Shown here: one piece after another, positions 40,270 through 54,920 of the stretch
Layout: each line of letters opens with the position of its first letter
Position numbering within the stretch: the stretch's first letter is position 1
Assembly: GCA_964016885.1 (NCBI GenBank)
Contig: OZ024742.1
Location: forward strand, 248,310,001-248,374,000
Length of the DNA: 64,000 bases
Source of the DNA: Eledone cirrhosa
Taxonomy: Eukaryota
Direction of reading: 5' to 3'
Notes under the pieces: model-generated
Seen by the model: the letters and a program-made list of their open reading frames with translations, nothing else
Told to the model about the DNA's origin: nothing
The model's database searches: none
Translations under genes and position numbers: made by a program

Positions 40270-41930
40270 CGTAGATGATATTAGAATTGACTTTGGTGTC
40301 AGTGGTTGTGGTGGTGGAAATTGTGGATGTGCTAGGAGTAGGGATGTCGTTGTTGGTGGTGGTGTTAAAAGTGCTGCCGCTGCTGTTGATTGATGTTAGT
40401 GTTGGTGATTGTGGAATGTTCCGTGGCGTTAGTGATGCAGTTGTTGGTGTTTGTGTTGGTGCGTTGGTTTATATGATGGGGTTGTAGGGATGTTGTTGGC
40501 TGTGTTATCGTTACTGTTTGTGTTGTTGGTGGTGCTAGTGGTGTTAGTTTTGGTGCTGGTGGCGTTGTTTGTATCTTTCGGTGTTGGTGTTGTTGTGAAT
40601 GGTGGTCATGGTGTCGTTAGTGATGTTATTGTTAATGTTGGTGTCAGTGGAGTTAGTTTTGATGTTGATGTTGTTGTTATTGTTAGTTTTTTAGTTGATT
40701 GGGTTGGTGCTGGTGGTGTTGACATCATTATAGGTGTTAGTTGTTGGCGCTGACGTTGAGTTGATGGTGATGTTGATGTAAGCACTGGCGATTGACGTCA
40801 TTGGTGCTGATAGTAATGGTGTCTGGTGGTGATGATGTCAGTGATCGTGATAATGAGCTTGCAGTCGGCACTACAATGTTGTTATGGGTGCTGTTGGTTG
40901 TATTCGCGTTGTGGTGATGATGTCCCTGTTGGCATTGTTATTAGTTTCTTAGTGTTGTTCTTGCCATTGATAGTAGTCTTGATGCTGGTGGTGATGGTCT
41001 CGCTGGTGGTGAGGGTGTCAGTGAAGGCGTAAGTGATGATGGTAGTGTTTGTGAGAGTGTTGGTGTTGAAGGTGGTGACTGTGAAGAGGTAGCTGTAAAG
41101 ATAGTGCTGAGATGGTTTTGGTGGTGATGATGATGTTATCGGGGCTGATACTGTTGTTGGCGGTGTTTTTTGTTGTTGTTCTTTGTGATATTGGTGTTGG
41201 TGGTGTTGGTGTTGATTACGGTAATGTTGGTGGTGATATTACAGTGGGATGAGTTCATATTGGTGGTGATGGTTGTGGAGTTTATAGCGGTGATAGTTGC
41301 TGTTGTTGGTTTAGATGGTGGTGGTATTTTTCTATGGTGTTGGAGGTAGTGGTGCTCTTGATGCTGGTTCTGTTAGTGGTGATGGTTGTTGTGTTATTGG
41401 TGTTGATGGTGGTATTGATGGTGATATTGTTGTTGGTGTTGGTGTCGTTGGTACTACTCGTATTGGTGATTTTGGTGTTGATGGTGGTGTTGATGGTGGT
41501 GTTGATGGTGATATTGTTGTTGGTGTTGGTGTCGTTGGTACTACTCGTATTGGTGATATTGGTGTTGATGGTGGTGTTTGTGTTGATGGTGGTGTTGATG
41601 GTGGTGTTGTTGTTGATGGCGGTGTTGGTGTTGATGGTGGCGTTGGTGTTGTGGTTACTCTTTGCTTTTGATGAATTCACCTTTATCTGTTGTACTATTC
41701 CTGCCATTTCAGTTATAGCAGTTGTTATTATAGATGATATTGTTGATGTCATTGCTGTAGCTGTTACTGATGTCCATGTAATTGTTGTATTTAATACAGT
41801 TGTATTTATTCATGCTACTGTTATTATTGTCACCATTGCTGTTGCTCTTGTTGTAGATATATCTGTGATTGTCGAGGACGCTGTTAAATGTTGTTGTTGT
41901 TCTAGTTGCTATTGATGTTATTGTTGTTGT
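40270..41930. repeat. Degenerate (GTT/GGT/GAT)n low-complexity tract with a 78-bp tandem duplication near 41400-41570
   Basis: Direct reading; ggtgatattgttgttggtgttggtgtcgttggtactactcgtattggtgat occurs twice. Confidence 0.85.
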
Positions 41931-42139
41931 AAATACTAATGTATCCGTTTAATGCAATAAGCGCAATCTACCGTTAGATGGTCTAAAGATTAAGCGAGGA
42001 ATTTAACCTATTCAGTACTGTGTTGTAGTAATGGTCATTCCCAAGGGTAAACGAACCACGAATACAAATGTAGCATCAATCAGAAATTCATCACAGCAGG
42101 AGCAGCAGAATCTGTAGCTGTATTCATGGTGGCGATTAT

Positions 42140-42155
42140 GATGATTAGATGATGA

Positions 42156-42222
<67 letters not shown>

Positions 42223-42245
42223 GGTGCTGCTGCTGCTGCTGCTGT

Positions 42246-42315
<70 letters not shown>

Positions 42316-42335
42316 GGTGCTGCTGCTGCTGCTGT

Positions 42336-42403
<68 letters not shown>

Positions 42404-42455
42404 TTGTTGTTGCTGCTGCTGCTGTTAATAATAATAATGATGATGATGATGACGA
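42140..42455. repeat. Compound (CTA)n/(CTG)n microsatellite with duplicated interruption
   Basis: Direct reading. Confidence 0.93.
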
Positions 42456-42902
42456 TAACAGGGAAAATGACTACAACAACAATAACAACAATACTAACAA
42501 TAAAAACGCTGATAACGATAATAATAGTGGAATTAATGATGGAAGTGATGATGTCATGTTAAAATAAGTAATGTTAATGCTGCTGATAATGATGGTGCTG
42601 AAGACCGTGACCATTGAGAAGAAACTAACGCATACATACACAGACACCCGGGCATACATACACTCACAGGTATGCACGCACTCATACACACACACGCGCC
42701 CATATATGTGTGTGTATGTGTATATGTGTGTGCGTGTGCGTGTATGTGTATATAATGAGAAAGTGAAAGGAAGAGTGTAAAGGAAAGACAACATTGATAT
42801 ACAGATACGGAGATAGATATAAAGATATATAGATAGATAGATTGAGAGGTAGGTAGATAGATAGATAGATAGATAAATAGATAAATAAATAGATAGATAG
42901 AT

Positions 42903-43275
42903 AAATTTCTTTATTAGCCACAAGGGGACAAAAGACGCAGACAAATACAAATGGGGAGTTTACATGCAGGTATATGAAAATAAAACTATTAATAAAACAA
43001 CAAATAACAATTGAAATCCCCAATAGGGGAGAGGTGTTACACAGGGGTTGTACACACCCCGAAAAAATGTACAACCCTCATCTCCAGGAGCACCAAGAGT
43101 GAGTACTCCCTTCCTCTCTTCCTCTTTTTCCTCAACCTACAGGCTTATATAGAGAGAAGGCCCAACCACTCGGGCCTTCTTTGCCACATTCACCCACCTT
43201 TTATGAAATTTGTTGGGGTACAGCACCTCTCTCTTCATCCTGATTCTTCTTCCAAAATGATATTTGCAAAAAAAT
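42903..43275 (-). mobile_element. 5'-truncated Tx1-type LINE 3' end embedded in (GATA)n
   Basis: [45 protein letters not shown] is homologous to the ORF2 end at 12391-12530; 3' UTR shares cccctattggggattt and aataaagaaat. Confidence 0.85.
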
Positions 43276-43311
43276 AGATAGATAGATAGACAGACAGATA
43301 GATAGCTAGAT

Positions 43312-43394
<83 letters not shown>

Positions 43395-43857
43395 CAGACA
43401 GACATATGGATAGATAGAGAAATATTGTAAGACAAATAAATAGATAGACAGATAGATAATATAGTCACTATTCATCTGTCTGATAAAGACAGCTTAATGG
43501 AATGATAAAGAGACACAATAGCGCTATCGGTCAAACGTCAATATACTTTATATTAAGTAAGATAAACAGGATTTCAATTGCTGTTTGTGGTATTAAATAA
43601 GAGATTCCTCACGTCTAGAACTCTACAGCTGCCTTTCTTTGCAATTACAAGACTATCTGAGGGTTAATCTAATCACATTGGCTGCTTCTCCTTGCTTCCT
43701 GCTGATAATACTACGGCACGCTATTCTTCCCTATTTCTCACACATTTTAGAGTTTCACTTATAAGAATTACACTGACATTGTTATGGTTGCTCCTGTAGA
43801 AATCCTTGTCAATCCATTTATCTATCAATCAATCCATCTATCTATCTATATTTCAAA

Positions 43858-43894
<37 letters not shown>

Positions 43895-43916
43895 CATCTA
43901 TCTATCTATCTATCCT

Positions 43917-44098
43917 TGAGTTGAGGGTTGTTCTATCGACGGGGTATTAAACAACCCATTTGTGGCGCCTCCCCCCTATTGGGGATTTCGATTGTTGAAA
44001 TTGTTTGTTTTTATATTTTTTACACGACTGTATGTAAAATCCCCGGCATGTCTTTGTATTGTCCCCTTTCTTGTTGCGCCCTTGTGGCTAATAAAGAA

Positions 44099-44100
<2 letters not shown>
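43917..44100 (+). mobile_element. Tx1-type 3' UTR fragment embedded in (TATC)n
   Basis: tgagggttgt...cccctattggggatttc...cttgtggctaataaagaaatc(tatc)n; similar to the reverse complement of 42903-43080. Confidence 0.8.
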
Positions 44101-44154
<54 letters not shown>

Positions 44155-44155
44155 C

Positions 44156-44196
<41 letters not shown>

Positions 44197-44252
44197 ATCT
44201 ATCTATCTCTATATGTATGTGTATATATATATATATAGTTTTAATATAGATG

Positions 44253-44303
44253 AGATTCTACAGGACTAGAACTGTTTCATTCTTTAGAAATCGTCAGGAA
44301 TCT
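44253..44303 (-). ncRNA. Type I hammerhead motif
   Basis: AGATTC-CTGACGA-TTTC(TAAA)GAAT-GAA-ACAG(TTCTAGTC)CTGT-A-GAATCT; stem II weak. Confidence 0.72.
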
Positions 44304-44590
44304 GGCTTTCCAAAATAAATGTTGTGGTATTTATGTCTTTTCAGGTAGTAGGAGAGGGTGGGGAGTGGGATGGGTGGGGGTCATTGGTTGAAAGAAAAGG
44401 ACATTCATTAAAAGCTAATTCTTTAAGGCTATAATTTATATTTAGAATGTCAAAGGCAGAAAGAATTCTATGATATATATATATATGCACACAAATATAC
44501 AAGGTGCACCAAAAGATGTATACATACTTTGATTACCTGTGCAGGCAATTTTTATTAGAATGCTGTTGAAGTGTGTTTTTTTCATTCTTT

Positions 44591-44624
44591 CTTCTGATGA
44601 AGGAATAGCGTCCGAAACGTTAAG
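44591..44624 (+). ncRNA. Minimal type I hammerhead motif
   Basis: CTT-CTGATGA-A-GGA(ATAGCG)TCC-GAAACGTTA-AG. Confidence 0.65.
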
Positions 44625-44737
44625 TCCCTCGTCCAGCTATATCAAGCGTTAACCTAATATATACCTTCCATATGTACCGATGGTGTTGTTTTATCTGTTT
44701 ACCTTTTACATACATACATTTATATATATATACATTC

Positions 44738-44817
<80 letters not shown>

Positions 44818-45177
44818 GTGTGCGCGTGTGTGTGCGCGTGCGTGTGTGTGGGTGTGTGTCTGTGTGTGTGTGCCCGTGTATGTGTGTGTGTCTGTGTGTG
44901 TGTGTGTGTGTGTGTGGGTGAGTATGTGTGTGCATGTATATATGTATATAAGTATATATACATTCTCACACACATACACGCACATCGAAATATATGAAAG
45001 TTTAGAAGAAGCACTGTGTAGTGTCGTATAATACACTCCAGTAAATCAAATTGGAGATAGAATTAAACGATTCAAAAGGAGCAAGCTTACATATTCCGAG
45101 CGCCATTCATCTGTTGCCAACACAGATACCCAAGTATATCACAAAAATGAAATGATATCACGATTTTTGCGATATCA

Positions 45178-45296
45178 ATAATTGTTTCTACTTTAGGCAC
45201 AAGGCCAGCAATTACCCAGTGCATTACTGGTACTTTATTTTATCGACCCCGTAAGGATGAAAGGCAAAGTCAACCTCGGCGGGATTTGAACTCAGA
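45178..45296 (-). mobile_element. 5'-truncated tRNA-derived SINE
   Basis: Reverse complement of the consensus from B-box to tail. Confidence 0.85.
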
Positions 45297-46021
45297 TCAA
45301 TAATAGTAACTGCAATGATCAGAATATACCAAATCAGGTGGGTAAATATCGCATGGACAGCCACATTTAGAATATAGTAAAGAGACAGGATAAAAGGCGA
45401 TAGATTACTCACTGCCCAGGGACCAATAACGGGACCGTGTAATCATTAGATTAAATCAGACCATTAGCAGGAGAGAGAAGAAGAAAAATGAACGTTACCT
45501 CAGGCGAATAAACTGAAATATAAAACAAGGAATCTGACTTAAATAAATAAAGAAAGCATGCATTCAAATGAAATCAGAAGTGACGCTACAGCAAATAAAA
45601 AGTGGCCTCATAACCGAAGCAATGAACCTCGTGTTACCTGCTTGAAAGAGGGAAAGGAAAGAATGAATATGTGGAAAAGGAAGCGGTCAGAATTCTGGCG
45701 GAATATATATAAGGTCAGAAGTCTAGATATTGTTACTGTGAAATATGAATGTGAAACTAGATGAAATAGTGTGTGGCGTTGGGGCATTCTGTAAAACAAA
45801 TCGCACACAGGCACACACACACACAAACAGACACACGCACACACACGCACAAACACACACATACACACACATTAACACACAGAGAAATATATATATATAT
45901 ATATATATATACATACATACACACACACAAACACACAGAAATATATATACATATACATACACACACACATATGTATATATATATATATATATATACATAT
46001 GTATATACACACACATATATA

Positions 46022-46099
<78 letters not shown>

Positions 46100-46850
46100 C
46101 ACACATACTTACGCTTCTGTCGTATGACCGATGTCCGAATGACACAGACATCTGTTTACAATCTCTGAGCTGTGCATTAGATTAGATTCAAAGTTAAACA
46201 AACATTGCGAACAGCATTGACGAATGTTCTAATATAAACCCGGCAATGATGGAGATCCATTTGTTAAATCATGTCATTTCCGCCATCTTTATTTATAAAG
46301 TCTTATGTCTATAGGTCGTTCAATTTGTACGTCACAAATACTCCATTAAGGATAACAATGTTTACTTGCTTGTCCTATCCACCATTTAAATTTATATTAA
46401 CTTTGTGTGCTAACAAGAATCAAAACAGCAGATTAACCGTACGTTTGTGGAAGAATTTGAAGTATTATCTTCAAACGTAGACATACAAATTATAATTTGT
46501 TTAACACTTTTCATTCCAACCCAGCCAAAAGGGGTTCACATTTTATTAAACAAAGCCACCAATTTCAAACAATTACAATATAAGTGAAAATGTTCAAACT
46601 GATCTATATGATATCCATATGTTAATTTACTATCTTCGTAATGAACTAATTCCTAATTTTAGTAAATGCTCCAAATGTTTCTTTAATTGATTGAAATAGA
46701 ATGTGTTTCGTTAGAAATACGGTTAGTAAGGGACATTTGGAGGGTTTGATTATATATATATATATATATATATGTAATATGAGAGACACATACACTGTTC
46801 TAATATGAGTATGATTTTAATTCATTCCTGATGAAAGTTAGGGTGCATAC

Positions 46851-46991
<141 letters not shown>

Positions 46992-47206
46992 GTGTGGATG
47001 TATGTGTATAGCTACATGTGTATTGGAATTTCATGTGTTATTATTTTTTGCTTTCCGACCTTCTTACAACTGAGAAATTTTAATTCCTGTTTCTAACTAA
47101 AATCATCTATACCTGGCACACTTACACACAACCGTACACATGTACACACACACAACTACATAAACACATAAACACACAAACACATATGTGCATACACAAA
47201 CACATA

Positions 47207-47276
<70 letters not shown>

Positions 47277-47331
47277 CATATATATATTTGTATGTATGTA
47301 TATGTATTTATATATTTGTGTATATATGTAT

Positions 47332-47361
<30 letters not shown>

Positions 47362-47362
<1 letters not shown>

Positions 47363-47509
47363 AGTGGTTACACAACAGTTAGTTCACCATACCGACAACA
47401 AATGTTTCACCTTAGCGGAGGATCCTAACTGTTGTGTAATCACTTCTACCTAACTCGTCCCATGGACTGAGTGGTCTACCTCTACGGATATTACCTTCCA
47501 CTGTTCTAC

Positions 47510-47510
<1 letters not shown>
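47362..47510. mobile_element. Small foldback PLE-type remnant with partial HHR
   Basis: aagtggttacacaacagttag / ctaactgttgtgtaatcactt inverted; loop on minus strand reads GA-TCCT(CCGCTA)AGGT-GAAACATTTGTT; in (TA)n. Confidence 0.55.
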
Positions 47511-47597
<87 letters not shown>

Positions 47598-47943
47598 TTA
47601 CATATACACCAATTAAACAAAATCACAGATATATATGTGTTTTGGCAACCATTCACGATGTGGCTCAATGAACGGCACACTTACACACGATGTGGCTAAT
47701 TGTGTATGGTTGACTGTATATTTAATTAATTTCCATGTGCTGTTGAAATGTTGCGTAAATATTCTATAGCGGTTGGCCGCGAAGACGCTGCTATCGTTTA
47801 TTTATTTACTGTTTCTTCATAGATGCCTTTTAATCTTATAGCCTGGTCTAATTGGTTTTTTTATGTGGTTAATTATGCTAATTGGGAGAAGAAATGATGT
47901 ATATAAATTATCAAGTGATTCTATGGGCATGCTCTACTTTATA

Positions 47944-48006
<63 letters not shown>

Positions 48007-48040
48007 TATATGTCTGTGTATATAATATATATAATATATA

Positions 48041-48143
<103 letters not shown>

Positions 48144-49046
48144 TGTTATTATTATTATTACTATCGTAAATTTAACTAATCTCTCCTGATAGAATTGGTT
48201 TCATAATCTCTCAATGTCAAATACGTTTCACCGCCATTGTGACACCAAATCTTGGCAAAATAATCTTCATCTTCTTAAATAATAATGAAACACAGTTAAA
48301 ATCTGAACGTAAAGTGCTTTTATCCAATTTAAAATTACCGCTTCGCCCATTATAATAGCTATATTCCATTGAATACAACACGCATTTGTTCTAATGAGGA
48401 TTAATTTCATAATTTTATTAGGTTTCATCTGTTATTACTTTTAAAGGAATTTAAGATAGTCCGCATTAAGTTTAGTCCATCTGTTTCGTATCTTTCCGTC
48501 TCTAGTGAAGTTCACAGCACGCACTTGCAACAATGGCTTGTCACAAAAGATTTTCTCACATCGCATATCTCGTGAGCATTCCAACGATTTTTCCGTCTAA
48601 TTAATAGTACTACTCCCTCTGCTATTCCGAAGATGAGAAGGATAATGGTGATGTATGCAGTAATGGTGATGGTGATGTTTGCTAACAAATGGACTGCGGT
48701 ACTTTTCAGTCACGAATTCCTCTCACGTAGATCTTCAGTCTTCAATAATATTTCATTTGAAATTAAGTTAGCCGTTTATTTATGTAGCTATTTATTTAGT
48801 TATTTATTTCTGTCTTACGACATTGGCTACTTCCCAGCTTTGAATTCTAGGCTCTTCTCTCTTGCTTTCTTACAATTTCATAGGATGATACGCGGGCTCA
48901 TTATTTTTTATGCTTTTAGAGCTAAACCTTCTCACTACAAACACATTTGACCAGAATTAGCATATAGGTTTATACAAATACACTCACACGCACACACAGA
49001 CACGCACACACACAGATATATATATACATATAATCATACACATATG

Positions 49047-49157
<111 letters not shown>

Positions 49158-49262
49158 TTTTGCAGAGTTCGATCCAAATTCGCAGACAATTTTAGAGAGC
49201 TTTCTATCATACGCGCATAGTATGTTTTGACTCACACATTGTGAGCTAAATATATATGCTTG

Positions 49263-49316
<54 letters not shown>

Positions 49317-49360
49317 AAGTTAAATAAAAGTCAAATGATTAAAATTTAGCTTCGTTTATT

Positions 49361-49415
49361 ACTGCTATATATATTTCAGTGACAGCCATCTTTGGCTGTG
49401 ACCTCTTCAGGCAGT
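49361..49415 (-). ncRNA. Type I hammerhead ribozyme, canonical core
   Basis: ACTGC-CTGAAGA-GGTCACAGCCA(AAGA)TGGCTGTCACT-GAAATATATATA-GCAGT. Confidence 0.82.
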
Positions 49416-49494
49416 TTGAATTAGTATGGTATAGACATAAACTCAAAATCTATATATATATTTACATTTATATATATGTTGATCAATTCATGGT

Positions 49495-49615
<121 letters not shown>

Positions 49616-50170
49616 CATATATGTCTGTGTGTGTGAGTGTGTGTGTCTGAGTGTGTGTAATAATGAATGCGTTTATATCGTATTCTTACGTATGTGTATA
49701 TTTCGGTAAATATCAAGCAAATGCTAGACTTGATTTATTCGATTAAATCTACACCCTTGTGCCTATGTTAGGAATTAATATTTTCAGAAATATGAGATTG
49801 TTACTAGATCGAATTATTGTTAAAAAATGAATGTGATAGTAAAATATATTTTCAGAAATGTTTGTTTATATTTTATAGGGAAATGATTCTAATTTTGAAA
49901 TTACAGTTGTGGAATTCATCAATCATATTATAAATATACTTTTATGCTTTCACTTTATTCTCTCATTTATTTATTTATATATATATATTGTATGCTCTCT
50001 CATTCTCTATCTCTCACTATTTCTCAATATAGTCATTCTCTTCATTTTTGCTCTTTCTCCCCGTTTTCTCTCTGACCATATTCTTCATTCTCTATATACC
50101 TCCCAAATAATTCCCTGAGAATTTCCAATAATTTTCCTCTTCTACTACTACCACTAGTACTACACACACA

Positions 50171-50257
<87 letters not shown>

Positions 50258-50309
50258 TTGTGAGTGTGTGTGGGTGTGTATAAATATATATGTATGTATG
50301 TATATATAT

Positions 50310-51372
50310 ATGTGCGAAATTCTTTCCTCACTCGCATTTCGACCAGGTCGGATGGTCTTTATTCTCTCTCGTCTACGATTTCACAGAACTTATTTTCATC
50401 GATTTCAGGGACTTGACTCCTTCTTCCTCACTTTTCGTTGCATTCCCATCTTTGTTTGTTTACTGTCCCGCTCGTTCCCCCTATTTACGTGTCCCAACGA
50501 CTTTCTTTAGCCGTTTCTCGCACCAACCAGAGGTATATGATCTTTAAAGCGATGAAATACCAATGAAGGATAGAAGATCACTGATGAAGGACTAAATTTA
50601 TTCATATGTAACCCATTTGCGACCACGCAGCACGCCATGTTTTCATATAATTTTATATTTTCCACCGCTGTGACTCATCTCTTTCTTTCTTACTGCTTCC
50701 CCTTTCTCCATATATCTCACTTCCTTTTACCCCCTCTGCCAGACACTCTCTCTGTTAACCTCTTCCTCACACTTTCACTCACTCACTCTCTGCTACTCCC
50801 TCTCCTACTTCCTCCCGTTTGACCTGTTCGAAATTCTTCCCTCACTTGCATTTCGACCAAGTCGGATGGTCTTTATTCTCTCTCGTCTACGATTTCACAG
50901 AACTTATGTTCATCGATTTCAGGGACTTGACTACTTCTTGCTCCCGTTTGACCTGTGCGAAATTCTTTCCTCATTTACATTTCTACCAGGTTGAATGGTC
51001 TTTATTCTCTCTCGTCTACGATTTCACAGAACTTATGTTCATCGATTTCAGGGACTTGACTACTTCTAGCTCCCGTTTGACCTGTGCGAAATTCTTTCCT
51101 CATTTACATTTCTACCAGGTTGAATGGTCTTTATTCTCTCTCGTCTACGATTTCAAAGAACTTATGTTCATCGATTTCAGGGACTTGACTCCTTCTTCCT
51201 CACTTTTCGTTGCATTACCATCTTTCTTTGTTTACTGTCTCGCTCGTTCCCCCTATTTACGTGTCCCAACGACTTTCTTTAGCCGTTGCTCGCACCAACC
51301 AGAGATATATGGTCTTTAAGGCGATGAAATACAAATGAAGACTGGAAGATCACTGATGAAGGACTAAATTTA

Positions 51373-51377
<5 letters not shown>
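50310..51377. repeat. Partial-tandem element: about 295-bp direct repeats (50310-50605, 51083-51377) plus about 123-bp internal subrepeats, in TA-rich flanks
   Basis: tgtgcgaaattctttcctca...gatttcagggacttgact occurs four times; ...gatcactgatgaaggactaaatttattcatat closes both long repeats. Confidence 0.85.
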
Positions 51378-51446
<69 letters not shown>

Positions 51447-51649
51447 TACACACAGATGAAAAATGGAGATTGAAAAATGCAATGGCTGACCTTTTGGTTA
51501 TTTCGGTATTTTTGTTTAATTTTATCGGCTTTACAGCCTTTTCAAAAAGGATTTCATGGCAGTTATATATACTATATTTTCGTTTATATTTATCTCCCAT
51601 ACATGGTCGCTTGTGTGCTTGTTGAACACAAGTGAACGCAATAGATTTT

Positions 51650-53850
51650 ATCTTTGTCGGATATATCGAGGAGAATATGGTCCATTAAAAGGGACTTAAT
51701 TGAGGGTTTTATTTAATAAGAAAGATCTTTCAAGGGTGCAGAACTTTGAGCTTTTGTTGAAAGTTAATTATGAAATATCTTTCCATATTAATACGTTTTT
51801 CATGGATGACATTTACATTGCACTGGTAGAATGGTAAAACATCCAAATTCGGCATAAATCGTCCACAACATTCCTCTATGTGTTTAGAGCGATCTTTCTT
51901 GTGTGTGAATCTCTGATTATGTGTCGGTAAACTGTCAATCGTCTTCGGGATGTAGTGCCTGTTTGTCCACTATAATATTTGTGGCAGCCTCTATACGTTA
52001 CAATGTATATTAGATTCTCCGAGTCTCAAGAAAAGTCATTTTTAATTTTTAAACTGGACTGTCTTTGAAATTACATTCATACCCCATTAACGGATAGTTG
52101 CATTCTCCGCAGAGAGGTCTTTAATAGCGGTTTGAAGTCTTGCATTCATTAGTATCTTTTAGTGATTTTGGTAATTGGGTATTTTTGAAAAATGTTTTTT
52201 TTTTCTCGTCCTTTAGTAAGTTAGGTAAGTTTAGCAGGGTGTCTGTGTGTGTATTTCTGTGTTCTTTGGATTGAAAGTTGAAATGCATGCAATGAACTCT
52301 TTTCTTGTTTTTGCTTCTTTTATTCTCGGTGTATTTGAATATTGATTTGACTAGCTGTTGTTGATTAAATTCTGAGGATATTTTCCCTTGAGAAGTATTT
52401 GGTTCATCTCTTCAATTCTATCGTCTCTATTTGATGGGTTTAAGACCATTGTATATATTCGATAGTTGATTATTTTTAAACTGAAGTTGGTACGGCTATG
52501 TAATGGATGAATGGATTTAAATAAAGATATTGGCGGGAGTCAGCAGGTTTGAAATATATTTCAGTTTCTTAACTTTTATTTCTTTTTGTTATTAGGGTGT
52601 CTAAAAATGGGAATATGTATCGCTAAACAGCATAGTGAATTGGATATTCTTGTTTATATCATTGATGAGGGTTTGAAATTTATTTATTTGGTCAATATTC
52701 TCCCTCACCAATACGAAGCATCGTCTAAGTATCTCTTCCAGTTTTCTTTTATGAATTCGTTAATCCCATTCCGATAAATTTGCTGTTTTTTTGTTGTTGT
52801 TTTTCTAAATGTATAATTCATGGTAACCCATAACTAGGTGCATATGTTGTCGCAAAGTTAATCCCCATGGCTATTCCTGATTTCTGTTGGTAAGCTATTT
52901 CATCGAAAATAAAATAATTGTTTTTTTTTTTCTTCTAAACGAATTCAAACCCGCCCACGATGAAATTCTAATTAACACAGTCTAGTAGACCATAAGGGAA
53001 TGATTCTAGCTAGTATTTTATGGCTTCGACTCAGTAATCGCTTGGAATATAACTGAATAGTCTCACATCAAACAATGAGAATATGGAAGTGTCTTGGCTT
53101 ACAATACCTGGTAAATGGTTGAGAAAATATAAACCATCTATTATGAAACTCCGCGTATGTTTGAGGAGAGGCTTTAATAAAATGTTTAAGAAATTGATTA
53201 GGTTGTGTGTTTCTTAAATTGGGCCTGCTATAATAGGTCTTAGTTTTAAGTCAATTGGTATGGGTATATTAACACAATTGAATTTCACCATTTCGCATGT
53301 CTCATTAAATAATTTATGTTTATGTACTTTCAGCAAACCCTAGAGATTACTTGCTTTACAACTAAAATTAGTGAGATTTAATTATTTAGCAGTTATGGTA
53401 TGGTTGTAATAAATGAGATAGTTTTTTTAATCACTTTATAGAGTTTGTAATTTTGGCTTCTTCATAGTATGCATTTTTCTCTAGCATACTTTGTATCATG
53501 TTGCTGTAATGATTAGTGTCCATAATTACAACAGTGTCTCCTTTGTTGGCTTCTTTTATCATAATGATGTTGCTCTGTTTCAGATCGTATAAATGCCCCT
53601 ATTCTTGTCTGGTAAAGATGGACTGTGTGGCTTATCCAGTTTCTGAACTGGGAAATTTGGGATGTGATCACAAAATTCATCAAGAACTGCATCCCTGCCT
53701 TTTGGGGGTTGATATACCTTTCTGTTTCTAATTGCTGGTTCATCTTTTCAAAATCTTTTCAAAATCTTGTTCCATTAGTCTGAAACTTCTGCAGAAATGA
53801 GTAAGGACATCTTTAATTTCTAGTATATGTGGTTTTTAAGTGTAAATTCT
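51650..53850 (-). mobile_element. Old, heavily mutated Penelope-like element
   Basis: Minus-strand remnants KLRPIIAGP, YQQKSGIAMG, WKRYLDD, SENLIYIVTYRGCHKYYSGQT; related to 3285-4674. Confidence 0.82.
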
Positions 53851-54289
53851 AGTCCTTTAACTAGGCATTAGTGATTTTGGATGCAATACTATCTGCATTC
53901 CTGGTCATGACTTCCTTATATCACAACGCATCCCATATTAATATGCAGATCACCATGGAACTGAGAGTGTTGTTGGTTTCTTCAGCTTTTGGTAGTCTCA
54001 AATTGCAGATAACTTGATGGTAATCAGTTGACAACTCAATCTGTCTCTTTACCCGAACGTCCAGCACAGAATCAAATATCTTCGATTCTGTGATAATAAC
54101 AAAATCAAGTATTGATCTATCTCTGTCCCTGATTCCCCTTATAGCATGTATATTTATGGATGTCTCTGTGCTGAAGGAAGGTGTTCATAATAAAGAGTCA
54201 TTGCCAGATCAAAACCTTTGATGCTGAATGTTGCATGGGTGCAATAGAAATCGGTGCTACAAAAACAAAGACACTCCTCTTCGCAAGGA

Positions 54290-54920
54290 AACCTGAGCAT
54301 TGCACTCTATGTGTGCATAGAGTTCCACTGTAGGAGTCAGAGAAGTTCAAGTAACTCGGCGCCGTGTTCACGAGTAATGCAGACAGGAGGTTGGATTAAA
54401 TGCATTAATTGTCGGAATTGGTTCACTAATGGGCCAGCTTCAGCATTTGGTAATCAGAAGAAGGGAGGCAGGTGTAAAAGCCAAACTGGTATTGTTCAAT
54501 TCGGTATTCGTGCCAAACCTTAACTAAGACCATGAATCTTGGGTAATGAGTAAAAGAATATGACCTTGAATACAAGCGGCCAAAATGGGGTTCCTTCGAG
54601 GGTCATTGGACTAACGTTAGTTGATAGAGTGCGTAGCTCAGAGATCAGAGAGTCACTCCAGTTAGAACCGCTACTTCTACGAATTGCCATATGACTGCTC
54701 CGATACTATTGACATGGCGTTTGAATGTCTCAGGAAAGTATCGCTGGACCGATTTTACGGGCAAACCAACGTATAGGACATCCAGTTGTAGTCCCCCAAG
54801 CAAGACGGTTGGATAACATGCATAATCTTAGTTGGTCGCACTTTGGGATCCAACCGGATTAGTTGGACACGGTTGCTTCTGACAAAACCCGCTGGAAGGA
54901 GTATTTGAAGAATCTGCCGT
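54290..54920 (+). mobile_element. Degenerate RTE LINE 3' fragment
   Basis: EKFK*LGAVFTS, KLVLFNSVFVP, HESWVM, IQAAKMGFLR, DRVRSSEIRESLQLEPLLLRI. Confidence 0.75.

Noticed and set aside
41282-41915. Thr/Asn-rich mucin-like or Val/Leu-rich ORFs
   Set aside because: Degenerate trinucleotide tract that is open in several frames; no splice or domain evidence
50819-51319. 166-aa ORF with 41-aa repeats
   Set aside because: Consequence of 123-bp tandem subrepeats; non-ATG start and no recognisable domain
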